From Macrostomum lignano (lineage: Eukaryota): a stretch of 64,000 nucleotides of DNA. The stretch lies in the NCBI GenBank assembly GCA_002269645.1, contig NIVC01000186.1, forward strand, positions 124,001 through 188,000, written 5' to 3'. Position numbers and translations under genes: made by a program. Below the pieces are notes generated by a model. It saw nothing but the letters and a program-made list of their open reading frames with translations, ran no database searches and was not told where the DNA came from. This document shows positions 12,639-30,428 of this stretch, in pieces; within the stretch, counting starts at the first letter, position 1; each line of letters begins with the position of its first letter.

Positions 12639-14759
12639 CTTGCTTAAGCGAAGCTCTACAGTGCACGCCCTTTATATCGAATATTCCCTATGGTAGCCAC
12701 TTTTACGATTTTTGCTGCTTTTTCATACATTTCTGCTCGCTGCATCGCAGCGCCTTCATCTAAAAATGCGAGTTGCATGTCGTTACAGAGATAACATCAA
12801 GGCGCATTCATCTAATGCATTTTTAAAGTATGTCAACAAATTTTACGCCTCCTAGGCGCCAAATTGTGCATTTTCACCTGTTCTGACAGGTATTCAAACA
12901 GGTATTAAGACCTATTAACTTAAGAATCAGTTTTCAAAACTAATTTAGTTGCACAGTGCATCCATAGTGCTGTTTTTAGACACCAAAATTGAGTCTCTAG
13001 GCCTTGCCAATGCAGAGTTATTAGCAAAAGTATGCTCAAAATTTGCCCAAAAATAGCCTTCTAAAAATTCGGAGCCAATTTTCTCAAAAATACGAATTTT
13101 CCAGCCATATTGGCGTATGACCGGTGTAACTTTAGCTATTCGACTAAACAATATTGAAAATGCAGAAAAATCGGTGCGCAAAATTCTTATTTTTCGACTT
13201 CAAAGTTTGTACCCCCGAATGGGCCGTTTTTCACTTAACAGGTAAAAAGTACCTGTTAACAGAGGTTTTTTCAGGAGTGTTTTATGTCATTCAAAAGGGC
13301 ATCCGATAGGCTACAATTTGACGCCATACTCGAAAAACTTTGCCCCATTTTAAAAAAATTTCCTTAACAACGTCTGATTTTCTGCAGTGCCCCCCGGCCT
13401 CTTTTTTCCCTGGTTTCGGGTCACTGCTCAGCACAGGTAGGTCCAAATGCTTAGAAAATTTAGGAAAACAAATTTCCATATGTTTGACACGTCGTGTTAA
13501 AGTCTCAACACTGTAGCATAAAACACTTTTTCAAGTTTGAGGACTACTTTTTTAAAACGTGACCCAATTTTTCGAAAATGTCGTTTTTAGGCACTCTTTG
13601 GCACCTGGGCAGGTTATTGATGGCCCAATCGGCCAAATCTCGATGTTTCCGATTAAAAGACATCCATTTGAGTTATTTGGTATACAAAACAGCAAAAATA
13701 AAGTTTTCCATCTCGACGCCATAGGCCTCACAAAAGTGCACTAAAAATTTGTACTTTTAAACAGCAGATAGGCAGCCATGTGAAAAGTACATTTTAGCCC
13801 TAAAAACTATAGCGCATCAAACAGCCCCAGGTGTTATTGACGCTATGAGGCAGCTCAAAGGCCGCGCTATCGCGCGTCCTTTTCGCTGCGGTGAGGCAAA
13901 GTTGAAAAAAATGCCGATTTTTCGACCTCAGAAAACACGTTTTTTGCACTTTTACCCTAAAAGTTAAAGTACAATCAAAAAATCCATTTCTGATCATTGT
14001 AGCGTTTGAATGCCCGCGTTTACTGAGCCCACTCGCTAAGCGCTGCCATATTCTCAATCCTTATTTTTTGAGATCAAAGTTTTTGACAAAGTCGAAAAAA
14101 CGCAGTTTTTGGTTGCCATGGCAACGAACTATTGTGCATCCGATAGCGCTAGGTCTTTGACACATTTTGGCAAAAACTGTTTGTAAATCGGTTGTACCGT
14201 TTTTTATTGGCAGCGTTTAAAAGTTGAAAAACGTCATTTTTAGTGTGTGCAACCACGTTACATCTTATCAGGGACGATTTCGCAAAAGTAAGCAGTATAG
14301 AAAAAAATTCTCGCTTCGCTCGCATTTTTTTCTATACTACTTACTGGCTCATCGTCCCACAACTAGTGAATGAAGACGCTGTCGTCTTCAAAGGTGGGAC
14401 GATGGTTTATTATTTGCTTATTAACTTTTATGGCTTAAATTAAATTAAAAAAAACTAAGAAGCTTCAAGTTGATTATAATTTAATTTAAACAAAGTTTAA
14501 GCAAAACTGTTTAAAAAATTAATAAAAATACTTATGATGGTTTATTATGTCCATTATTGTTTATGGCTATGACCTATTTATTTAACCCAAATTAAGAACT
14601 AATTAAAACGCTATATCGTGTTTTTATATTTTACGGCTATACCGCATTTTCAATTTGATTTAAAAAAGTTTATACATAACTGTAGAAATATAATAATAAA
14701 AAATATTTTATTAGATTACAAGAATATCCACTCTGCTGTTGTGTAGAAAGGGTTGTTAA

Positions 14760-15090
14760 GGCGGTTGTTGTTGTTTGTTGGTTGTAAAAGGGGTTGTTGT
14801 TGTTGGGGTTTTTGTTGTTGTTGGGGTTGTTGTTGTTGTTGTTGGGGGTGGTTGTTGTTGGGGGTTTGCGTAACGTGGGGGCTGCCGCCCCCACACCCCC
14901 GCTCCCCCACCCCTCCCGCGCGTTGTTGTTGGGGAGGGTGGTTGTTGTTGGGGGTTTGCGTAACGTGGGGGCTGCCGCCCCCACACCCCCGCTCCCCCAC
15001 CCCTCCCGCGCGTTGTTGTTGGGGAGGGTGGTTGTTGTTGGGGGTTTGCGTATTGTGGGGGCTGCCGCCCCCACACCCCCGCTCCCCCAC
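14760..15090. repeat. (GTT)n tract plus three copies of a 90-bp repeat in the second type-Y unit
   Basis: TGCGTA anchors at 14867, 14957 and 15047. Confidence 0.9.
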
Positions 15091-15375
15091 CTAACCCCTC
15101 CGCAAATTTTCCCACCTCTAACACATCTTTTTAGCACGCTAAAACTGCTTGTAAGCCTTCTTGCGACCACGCAACACATACTTGCCGATATGTATCGTAA
15201 TACTCTTTCTGCACTAACAAATCATCTGTGCCGCACTTTCAGCTTCACTTTTACTCTTTAATAAGGTATACAAGGAAAGGAAAATTAAACAATTAATATT
15301 AAATTATATTCAAGTGAAAGAGAATTGAAAATACTAATAAATCCGTTCCTGCTAAAAAAATTAAATATAAAAAAA

Positions 15376-15448
15376 CCTGGCCCACTTGGGATTCGAACCC
15401 GGGTACATGCAGTTTACAAAGCAACTGCCTTCGGCCCCGACCCATCTC
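15376..15448 (-). ncRNA. tRNA-derived head with B box and oligo-T
   Basis: Minus strand reads ...GCAGTTGCTTTGTAAACTGCATGTACCCGGGTTCGAATCCCAAGTGGGCCAGGTTTTTT. Confidence 0.5.
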
Positions 15449-18087
15449 TCGCTTAAGCGAAGCTCTACAGTGCACGCGCTTTATATCGAATATTCCGTAT
15501 GTATGGTAGCCACTTATACGATTTTTGCTGCTTTTTCATACATTTCTGCTCACTGCATCGCAACGCTTCTACCTAAAAATACGAGTCGCATGTCGTTACA
15601 ATCAAAACATCAAGGCGCATTCATCTAATGCATTTTCAAACTATGTCAACAATTTTTTTCGGCTGCTAGGCGCCAAATTATGAATTTTTACCTGTTCTGA
15701 CAGGTATTCAAACAGGTATTAAGACCTGTTAACCTAAGAATCAGTTTTCAAAACTTATTTAGTTGCATAGTGCATCCATAATGCTGTTTTTAGACACCAA
15801 ACTTGAGTCTCTAGGTCTCGCCAATGCAGAGTTATTAGCAAAAGTATGCTCAAAATTTGCCCAAAAATGGCCTACTCAAAATTCAGAGCTAATTTTCTCA
15901 AAAATACGAATTTTCCAGCCATATTGGCGTATGACCGGTGAAACTTCAGCTATTCGACTAAACAATATTGAAAATGCAGAAAAATCGGTGCGCAAAATTT
16001 CTTATTTTTCGACTTCAAAGTTTGTACCCCAAATGGGCCGTTTTTCACTTAACAGGTAAAAAGTACCTGTTAACAGGTATTTTTTCCAGAGTGTCTTGCG
16101 CCATTCGAACGGGCATCCGATGGGCTACAATTTGACACCACACTCGAAAAAATTCGCCCAGTAATAAAAATTTTTCTTTAACAACATATGCTTTTTTGGT
16201 CGAGTCCCCCGGCCTCTTTTTTCCCCGGTTTCCGGGTCACTGCTCCGCACAGGTAGGTCCAAATGCTTAGAAAATTTAGGAAAACAAATTTCCATATGTT
16301 TGACACGTTTTGTTAAAATCTCAACACCGTAGCTTAAAACACTTTCTTTTTTTTGGAGACTACTTTTTGAAAACGTGACCCAAATTTTCAAAAACACTGT
16401 TTTTGACCCTTGTAGCCATATAGAGCAGCAATGAATGGCCCAATCAAGCAGATCTCAGCATTTCCGAATAAAAGACATCCATTTGAGTGATTTGGGTTGA
16501 AAAATTGTAAAAATCAAGATTTGCATCTGTATAGGATAAGCCTCTTTAAAGTGCACAAACGGTTTGTACTTTTAAAGTGCAGATAGGCAGCCATGTCAAA
16601 AGTACATTTTAGCCCAAAATATTATAGCGCATCTAAAAGCCCCAGGTGTTGTTGACATTAGGCAGCAGCTCAAAAGCCGCGCTATTGCGCGTCCTTTTCG
16701 CTGCAGTACGGGCAAGGTTGAAAAACATGTACAAAAAATTGGCCGAAAAATTGCATTTTTAATAATCAGATGCAGTTTGCTCAAAAATACGAATTTTCCA
16801 GCCATATTGGCGTATGACCGGTGAAACTTTAGCTATTCGACTAAACAATATTGAAAATGCAGAAAAATCGGTGCGCAAAATTTCTTATTTTTCCACTCCA
16901 AAGTTTGTACCCCCAAATGGGCCGTTTTTCACTTAACAGGTAAAAAGTACCTGTTAACAGGGGTTTTTTCCAGAGTGTCTTATGTCATTCAAAAGGGCAT
17001 CCGATGGGCTACAATTTGACACTACACTCGAAAAAATTCGCTCCATTTTAAAAAAATTTCCTTAACAACGTTTGATTTTCTGCAGAGCCCCCGGCCTCTT
17101 TTTTCCCTGGTTTCCGGGTCACTGCTCAGCACAGGTAGGTCCAAATGCTTAGAAAATTTAGGAAAACAAATTTCCAAATGTTTGACACGTTGTGTTAAAG
17201 TCTCAACACCGTAGCATAAAACACTTTCTTATTTTTTGGGACTACTTTTTAAAAACGTGACCCAATTTTTCGAAAATGTCGTTTTTAGGCACTCTTTGGC
17301 ACCTGGGCAGGTTATTGATGGCCCAATCGGCCAGATCTCAATGTTTCCGAATAGAAGACATCCATTTGAGTAATTTGGTGTAGAAATATTAAAAAATAAA
17401 GTTTTCCATCTCGACGCCATAGGCCTCTAAAAAGTGCACTAAAAATTTGTACTTTTAAAGTGCAGATAGGCAGCCATGTGAAAAGTACATTTTAGCCGAA
17501 AAACATTTTGCGCATCAAACAGCCTTAAGTGTTTTTAAGGCTAGGAGGCAGCTCAAAGGCCGCGCGAAAGCGCGTCCTTTTCGCTGCGGTGAGGCAAAGT
17601 TGAAAAAAATGCCAATTTTTCGACCTCAAAAAACACGTTTTTTGTACTTTTAGCCTAGACGTTAAAGTACAATAAAAAAATCCATTTCTGATCATTGTAG
17701 CGTTTGAATGCCCGCGCTTACTGAGCCCACTCGCTAAGCGCTGCCATAATTTCCTGCCGCTGTAATTGAGATCAAAGTTTTTGAAAAAGTTGAAAAAACG
17801 CAGTTTTTGGTTGCCATGGCAACCAAAAAGCGTCGCCATGGCAACCAAACACTGCGGCTCTGTTAGCCCTAGGTCTTTGACGCATTTTGGCAAAATCAGT
17901 TTGTAAATTGGTCGTACCGTTTTTTATTGGCAGCGTTTCAAAGTTGAAAAACGTCATTTTTAGTGTGTGCAACCACGTTACATCTTATCAGGGACGATTT
18001 CGCAAAAGTAAGCAGCATAGAAAAAAATTCTCGCTTCGCTCGCATTTTTTCCTATACTACTTACTGGCTCATCGTCCCACAACTAGT

Positions 18088-18445
18088 TAGTGGATAGTAG
18101 TTAGTAGATAGTAGATGGTAAATAGTAGATACCAGATAGTAGATAATAGATAGTAGTTACTAGATAGTAGTTAGTAGATAGTAGATGGTAGATAGTAGAT
18201 GGTAGATAGTAGATACCAGATAGTAGATAATAGATAGTAGTTACTAGATAGTAGTTAGTAGATAGTAGATAGTAGATAGTAGATGGTAAATAGTAGATAC
18301 CAGATAGTAGATAATAGATAGTAGTTACTAGATAATAGTCAGTAGGTAGTAGTTACTAGATAGTAGATAGTAGATGGTAGATTGTAGATTGTAGAGAGCA
18401 GATAGTAGAGAGTAGTTAATGAGAGTAGTTAATAGATAGTAGATA
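18088..18445. repeat. Degenerate (GATAGTA/TAGA)n microsatellite abutting the array end
   Basis: Direct reading of the sequence. Confidence 0.9.
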
Positions 18446-18987
18446 CTAGAATGTGAGATGCGGTGAAGGCAGAACAGTGGGAGAGGTTGGTCAAAAGTGA
18501 TTCAACTGCAGCTTCGCAGTCAGCCCCATGAGAACCCCGTGGCTCGTGTACTCACAGCTTGCAGAGGCGATCGGCCAGCAGGGGACAACAGCACAAAGAT
18601 TTAATGAATTCCCATGGTGCAAACTCCAAGTCAAGCCTCTGCATTTAAAGCTGCGTTAAATTTTTTGGGGAGGGGGATGGGGTGGAAACTGGTGGAGTGG
18701 CTGAGTGGGCAGGGGCTCATGCTGGCCTATCCTGCTCAAACTGCAAACCAGTTTTATTCAACTTAATTTGCCTGCCCAAGCAGAAATATTTGCGAGAGGC
18801 TGCATGATGCTTCTCAAAATTATTTCATCTCTTCTCTCCTCTATAACAGCCGAGTTGCTGGCAATGGCAGTGACTGATGGACGCCACCAAGTGGAACTTT
18901 GCGGAATTTAATTTGGAGTTTTTTCCGCTGACAGATTAATACTTTGTGCAAAACTTCAGAGCAGTTTTGTGTGCAATGGAATGGAAC

Positions 18988-19095
18988 TAATTAACTAATT
19001 AATTAACTAATTAACTGACTAACTAACTAACTAACTAACGAACTAACCTAACTAACTAACTAACTAACTGACTAACTAACTAACTAACTAACTAG

Positions 19096-19157
<62 letters not shown>

Positions 19158-19195
19158 GACTAACTAACTGACTAACTAACTAACTAAAAAACTAG

Positions 19196-19226
<31 letters not shown>

Positions 19227-19295
19227 GCTAGCTAACTAACTAACTAGCTAACTAACTAACTAACTAACTAGCTAGCTAGCTAACTAACTAACTAG

Positions 19296-19337
<42 letters not shown>

Positions 19338-19432
19338 GACTGACTAACTAACTGACTAACTAACTGACTAACTAACTAACTAACTTACTAACTAGCTAGC
19401 TAACAAACAAGCAAACAAACAAACAAACAAAC

Positions 19433-19467
<35 letters not shown>

Positions 19468-19520
19468 CTAACTAACTAACAAACAAACAAACAAACAAAC
19501 AAACAAACAAACAAACAAAC

Positions 19521-19588
<68 letters not shown>

Positions 19589-19724
19589 AAACAAACTAAC
19601 TAACTAACTAACTAACAAACAAACAAACAAACAAACAAACTAACTAACTAACTAACAAACTAACTAACTAACTAACTATCTAACTAACTAACTAACAAAC
19701 TAACAAACAAACAAACAAACAAAC

Positions 19725-19808
<84 letters not shown>

Positions 19809-19843
19809 AAACAAACTAACTAACTAACTAACTAACTAACAAA
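18988..19843. repeat. (ACTA)n/(AACA)n compound microsatellite
   Basis: Direct reading of the sequence. Confidence 0.97.
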
Positions 19844-20644
19844 GTATAACGAAAGCGTTCAGACAATACTTGCGTAAATCGACTAACCCTAACCCCGAAC
19901 TTGAGTCCCAAACAGGACATTATCTGTGATTAGAGGGAGATAAAGAAGCGTAAAAATGCATTCTTTTCTACATTAATCGTCAAGTCAGCACGATTGTCGA
20001 AATGCTGTGACTCATTGGGGAATCGCTGAAATATCAAGGCTCAAAGGAGTTGCTCAAGAAGTTGCTTTCTTTGCTGCCTTCCCAAGGGGGGGGCAAAGAT
20101 TGCTAGTCAGCACGAAATGCGAAAACTTTGTAGTTTGAAATTTTGGGCATGTGAATTTCGAGCTTTAGAAATTTTAGGTTGGCGAAATCCCCACATGTTT
20201 CATTTAGTAAGCAGTATAGCTTATTTATTAAATAGAAAGATCATGTATATGTGTGCACTATATGCTGATACTGGCATGAATAAAACCGGCATGCCAGGCA
20301 TTCAGCAATTGTTCAGAGACTCGAGCTATTATAGTCTTGTACGCGTGTACTCTCTACTTACTATTTCAACTCGAACTCCTCAACTACACAAGGGAGACTT
20401 CTTTACAAAATTCAGCGCTCGATCGATTAGCGATCTGTTGAAAAGCGTCGTTTAGTCAGTCTATCATTCAGCGAGTATGCAGAGCTCAAAAACACTGTCC
20501 ATAGCTTGAGAGTTGATTCAGTCAGGCAGTAAAGAATGGAGTAAAAAACTAATGGGGTTTTTATAAATGGCTACGAAGAAGCCTTACTGAGAAGCTCAGG
20601 CTAGTGGCAAGTTATTATACATGTAGAAACTAAGTGTCTGGAAG

Positions 20645-21868
20645 GACAACCAACTGCACAGACAACCAACTGCACAGACAACCAACTGCACAGACAACCA
20701 ACTGCACAGACAACCAACTGCACAGACAACCAACTGCACAGACAACCAACTGCACAGACAACCAACTGCACAGACAACCAACTGCACAGACAACCAACTG
20801 CACAGACAACCAACTGCACAGACAACCAACTGCACAGACAACCAACTGCACAGACAACCAACTGCACAGACAACCAACTGCACAGACAACCAACTGCACA
20901 GACAACCAACTGCACAGACAACCAACTGCACAGACAACCAACTGCACAGACAACCAACTGCACAGACAACCAACTGCACAGACAACCAACTGCACAGACA
21001 ACCAACTGCACAGACAACCAACTGCACAGACAACCAACTGCACAGACAACCAACTGCACAGACAACCAACTGCACAGACAACCAACTGCACAGACAACCA
21101 ACTGCACAGACAACCAACTGCACAGACAACCAACTGCACAGACAACCAACTGCACAGACAACCAACTGCACAGACAACCAACTGCACAGACAACCAACTG
21201 CACAGACAACCAACTGCACAGACAACCAACTGCACAGACAACCAACTGCACAGACAACCAACTGCACAGACAACCAACTGCACAGACAATCAACTGCACA
21301 GACAACCAACTGCACAGACAACCAACTGCACAGACAACCAACTGCACAGACAACCAACTGCACAGACAACCAACTGCACAGACAACCAACTGCACAGACA
21401 ATCAACTGCACAGACAACCAACTGCACAGACAACCAACTGCACAGACAATCAACTGCACAGACAACCAACTGCACAGACAACCAACTGCACAGACAACCA
21501 ACTGCACAGACAACCAACTGCACAGACAACCAACTGCACAGACAACCAACTGCACAGACAATCAACTGCACAGACAACCAACTGCACAGACAACCAACTG
21601 CACAGACAATCAACTGCACAGACAACCAACTGCACAGACAATCAACTGCACAGACAACCAACTGCACAGACAACCAACTGCACAGACAACCAACTGCACA
21701 GACAACCAACTGCACAGACAATCAACTGCACAGACAACCAACTGCACAGACAACCAACTGCACAGACAATCAACTGCACAGACAACCAACTGCACAGACA
21801 ATCAACTGCACAGACAACCAACTGCACAGACAACCAACTGCACAGACAACCAACTGCACAGACAACCA
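20645..21868. repeat. 16-bp minisatellite (CACAGACAACCAACTG)n, ~76 copies
   Basis: Near-perfect unit with an occasional ACC>ATC variant; generates the artefactual ORFs at 20596-21869. Confidence 0.97.
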
Positions 21869-21890
21869 CCTGAAAGAGAAGTCAGCATCA

Positions 21891-22379
21891 ATGCCGGTGC
21901 CAAGAAGCTTCATCACCTCTCACATATGGCTGAGCCGACACAAACGCGACCAGCTCAGCCCCGGCCTGGACTTGCGGCTGTCGGCTGCAGCTATCAGCCT
22001 GGGCATCTGCCTGTTCGCCATGTTCTGCGGTGGTCTCTTCGTGGTGCTGGCGGCTGCGGACCGCAACGGCAACGGTTTCAGCGTGGCGGAGGTGAATTTG
22101 CAAGCGGTGCGAGTGGCAGGTTACTGCCTGCTCGGCGGAGGCAGCGCTGGCGCAATCTTCTTCGGGCTGAGCTGGATGGCGCTGGTTCGAATGGCGCACT
22201 GCCAAATCCGCGACCAGGAGCATGAGATGGCCAGGAATTGTTATAAGTTTCCAGAAAACCACAACCGAAACGGCGGTACCATGGATGCAGTGGTTGCCAA
22301 TAGCGCTATTTGGCACGGGAATGGTGAGCAAAGGACTCAACAGCTCCCCCCGGTCAGTGAGGAACGGTTGGTGCTTTGA
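21891..22379 (+). CDS. Probable small protein (162 aa from this ATG) with two transmembrane helices; unknown family
   Basis: GC-rich coding-like sequence directly after the minisatellite, with two hydrophobic segments (LSAAAISLGICLFAMFCGGLFVVLAAA; VAGYCLLGGGSAGAIFFGLSWMALV). The true start could be in an upstream exon. Confidence 0.55.
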   Translation: MPVPRSFITSHIWLSRHKRDQLSPGLDLRLSAAAISLGICLFAMFCGGLFVVLAAADRNGNGFSVAEVNLQAVRVAGYCLLGGGSAGAIFFGLSWMALVRMAHCQIRDQEHEMARNCYKFPENHNRNGGTMDAVVANSAIWHGNGEQRTQQLPPVSEERLVL

Positions 22380-22779
22380 GGGCTGGTTAAAAATGTGTAC
22401 GAGACTTATATTATGTATGATACGAGATTAGTTATCTTGTAACGGCCCTGTAATTGTCTCTGTTTCGTTCCATTCTGTTGCCTCACTGTCAATAGCTTAG
22501 AATTATCTCATCTTCTCTGCTCAAATTTATTAACGTGTAAATATATTGAACTTATTGTGGCTTTACCTTTCTTGAAGAAAATTTTTTTAGCGCGAATGTT
22601 GATCCCAGCCCCTTCGAATGAGCCTCCTCCCGTTTTATTACGAAACACACACCGCATTCTTCGAAGCGCGACAATTCAGAGGCGCAATCAATGGTTTATT
22701 CAGCGCACGTGGTTAATATTCAGTGTGACATGATGGATAGATTTGCTCTACTCAAGTAGCAGTATCGACTTGTTACGAT

Positions 22780-28751
<5,972 letters not shown>

Positions 28752-29316
28752 ACTGCACTGATTCGGTCGGGAAGACAGCTGAGGCCGCTTATCAACTCAA
28801 ATGTTTGCCCGCGCGTGACTTCCTGTTGGTCTCCCGAACTCTGATTCTCCTTCGATCCCAGTCCCCTGCCTTCAGGTTCTCGTCTCGCGGATGATGAATG
28901 GAATTCCCAGGGGTGGCAGAGGCCATTGGGGGGGATTGCTCACCGGTCTGGTTGCTGCTTGGGAGCTCGCGGAAGCACCAGAGAATGCTCAGCAGGATTA
29001 GGCACCGCCGCCTCTGCTGCCGTAGCTGCCGAGATGGCAGCCTCTTTGGGGCCTGCGATGCAGAAGAGTACAGGGGGGGGCGAGAATCGATTTTTTGTCC
29101 TGTGATAATTGGTTAATTTTCCTTCGGTGGTCAACAGCTGCTCCCAGTGTGCACTGAGAGCAGGTATTCAATTCTGATTTCTGTGCGCCAAGTCTAACCA
29201 ACGCGAGCGTGTTGTTTGGGACAGCTTCTTCTCTGACTCATAATTGGGCCACTTTGAGCAATTAACGCCCTTGAGGGCTAATTGTAGCCTGACTAGCTGG
29301 GGAGGGTCGGGTCCAT

Positions 29317-30076
29317 CACGGGAGGGTCTATCACGGGAGGGTCTATCACGGGAGGGTCTATCGCGGGAGGGTCTATCACGGGAGGGTCTATCTCGGGAGG
29401 GTCTATCACGGGAGGGTCTATCACGGGAGGGTCTATCATGGGAGGGTCTATCACGGGAGGGTCTATCACGGGAGGGTCTATCATGGGAGGGTCTATCACG
29501 GGAGGGTCTATCATGGGAGGGTCTATCACGGGAGGGTCTATCTCGGGAGGGTCTATCATGGGAGGGTCTATCACGGGAGGGTCTATCACGGGAGGGTGTA
29601 TCATTGGAGGGTCTATCATGGGAGGGTCTATCACGGGAGGGTCTATCACGGGAGGGTCTATCACAGGAGGGTCTATCATGGGAGGGTCTATCACAGGATG
29701 GTCTATCACGGGAGGGTCGATCACGGGAGGGTCGATCACGGGAGGGTCTATCATGGGAGGGTCTATCATGGGAGGGTCTATCACGGGAGGGTCTATCATG
29801 GGAGGGTCTATCACGGGAGGGTCTATCACGGGAGGGTCTATCACGGGAGGGTCTATCACGGGAGGGTCTATCACGGGAGGTTCTATCACGGGAGGGTCTA
29901 TCACGGGAGGGTCTATCACGGGAGGGTCTATCACGGGAGGGTCTATCACGGGAGGGTCTATCACGGGAGGGTCTATCACGGGAGGGTCTATCACGGGAGG
30001 GTCTATCATGGGAGGGTCTATCATGGGAGGGTCTATCACGGGAGGGTCTATCACGGGAGGGTCTATCACGGGAGGG
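29317..30076. repeat. 15-bp minisatellite (GGGAGGGTCTATCAC)n, ~50 copies
   Basis: Direct reading; explains the five repetitive ORFs at 29168-30199. Confidence 0.96.
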
Positions 30077-30107
30077 TCTTTCAAAATAGTCACTATTGAT
30101 TGACGTG

Positions 30108-30428
30108 TAATAATAATAATAATAATAATAATTTATTACACCTACCCTAATGGCCAGATGTGCAACCGACAGCTCAGCCGCAGCTATTGCGCGGCGCATC
30201 TGAAGGCTGCGTACGGCTGTTCAGTCCAAGGACTGGGGGTCGCCACACACACTCTCAATTACCCCCCAGCTAATGCTGGCACCCATTTTACAGCTGGGTG
30301 ATCTGAAGCAATGCAGAGTTTAAAAGTGTCTTGCTTAAGGACACAAATTGTTCTCAGTGGAATCGGGAATCGAACCCCCGACCTTCAAGTCGTGAGTCCG
30401 ACACTCTAACTAATAGGCTACAACCTAG
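30108..30428 (-). mobile_element. tRNA-derived SINE with (ATT)n tail
   Basis: Minus strand: TAGCCTATTAGTTAGAG (A-box-like), GGTTCGATTCCC (B box), body with GCAAGACACT and CACCCAGCTGTAAAATGGGT, ending AATAAATT(ATT)n at 30108. Confidence 0.75.

Larger units (their letters stand above)
1..18087 (-). mobile_element. Head-to-tail tandem array of non-autonomous Helentron/Helitron2-like (HINE/DINE-type) elements; 4 complete units plus a partial one
   Basis: The junction CATCGTCCCAC-AACTAGT-GAAT-GAAGACG ctgt CGTCTTC-AAAG-GTGGGACGATG recurs at ~1200-1254, 5585-5639, 9334-9388 and 14350-14404, and the array stops exactly after CATCGTCCCACAACTAGT at 18087. On the minus strand each unit starts with an 11-bp inverted repeat (GTGGGACGATG) and ends with its subterminal complement, a 7-bp-stem hairpin and CTAG. 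No coding capacity is seen; identical short ORFs recur in every unit. Confidence 0.7.

Noticed and set aside
3781-15448. Functional tRNA genes (Met/Thr-like)
   Set aside because: No acceptor stem forms and the T-stems have only 3 bp, so they are kept as tRNA-derived heads.
1-18087. Spliced-leader, snRNA or 5S gene array
   Set aside because: I recognised no SL exon, Sm site with donor, or 5S/U-snRNA sequence in the units.
628-18090. Recurrent 60-170 aa ORFs in the array units
   Set aside because: They recur only because the DNA repeats; frames are broken between copies and no Rep/helicase or transposase motifs are present.
19884-19896. Telomeric repeat (CTAACC)2
   Set aside because: Only two units, as expected by chance.
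20596-22379. 581-aa ORF and overlapping Cys/Thr-rich ORFs
   Set aside because: They are the translation of a stop-free 16-bp repeat with a GTG start; only the 3' 162 codons look like real coding sequence.
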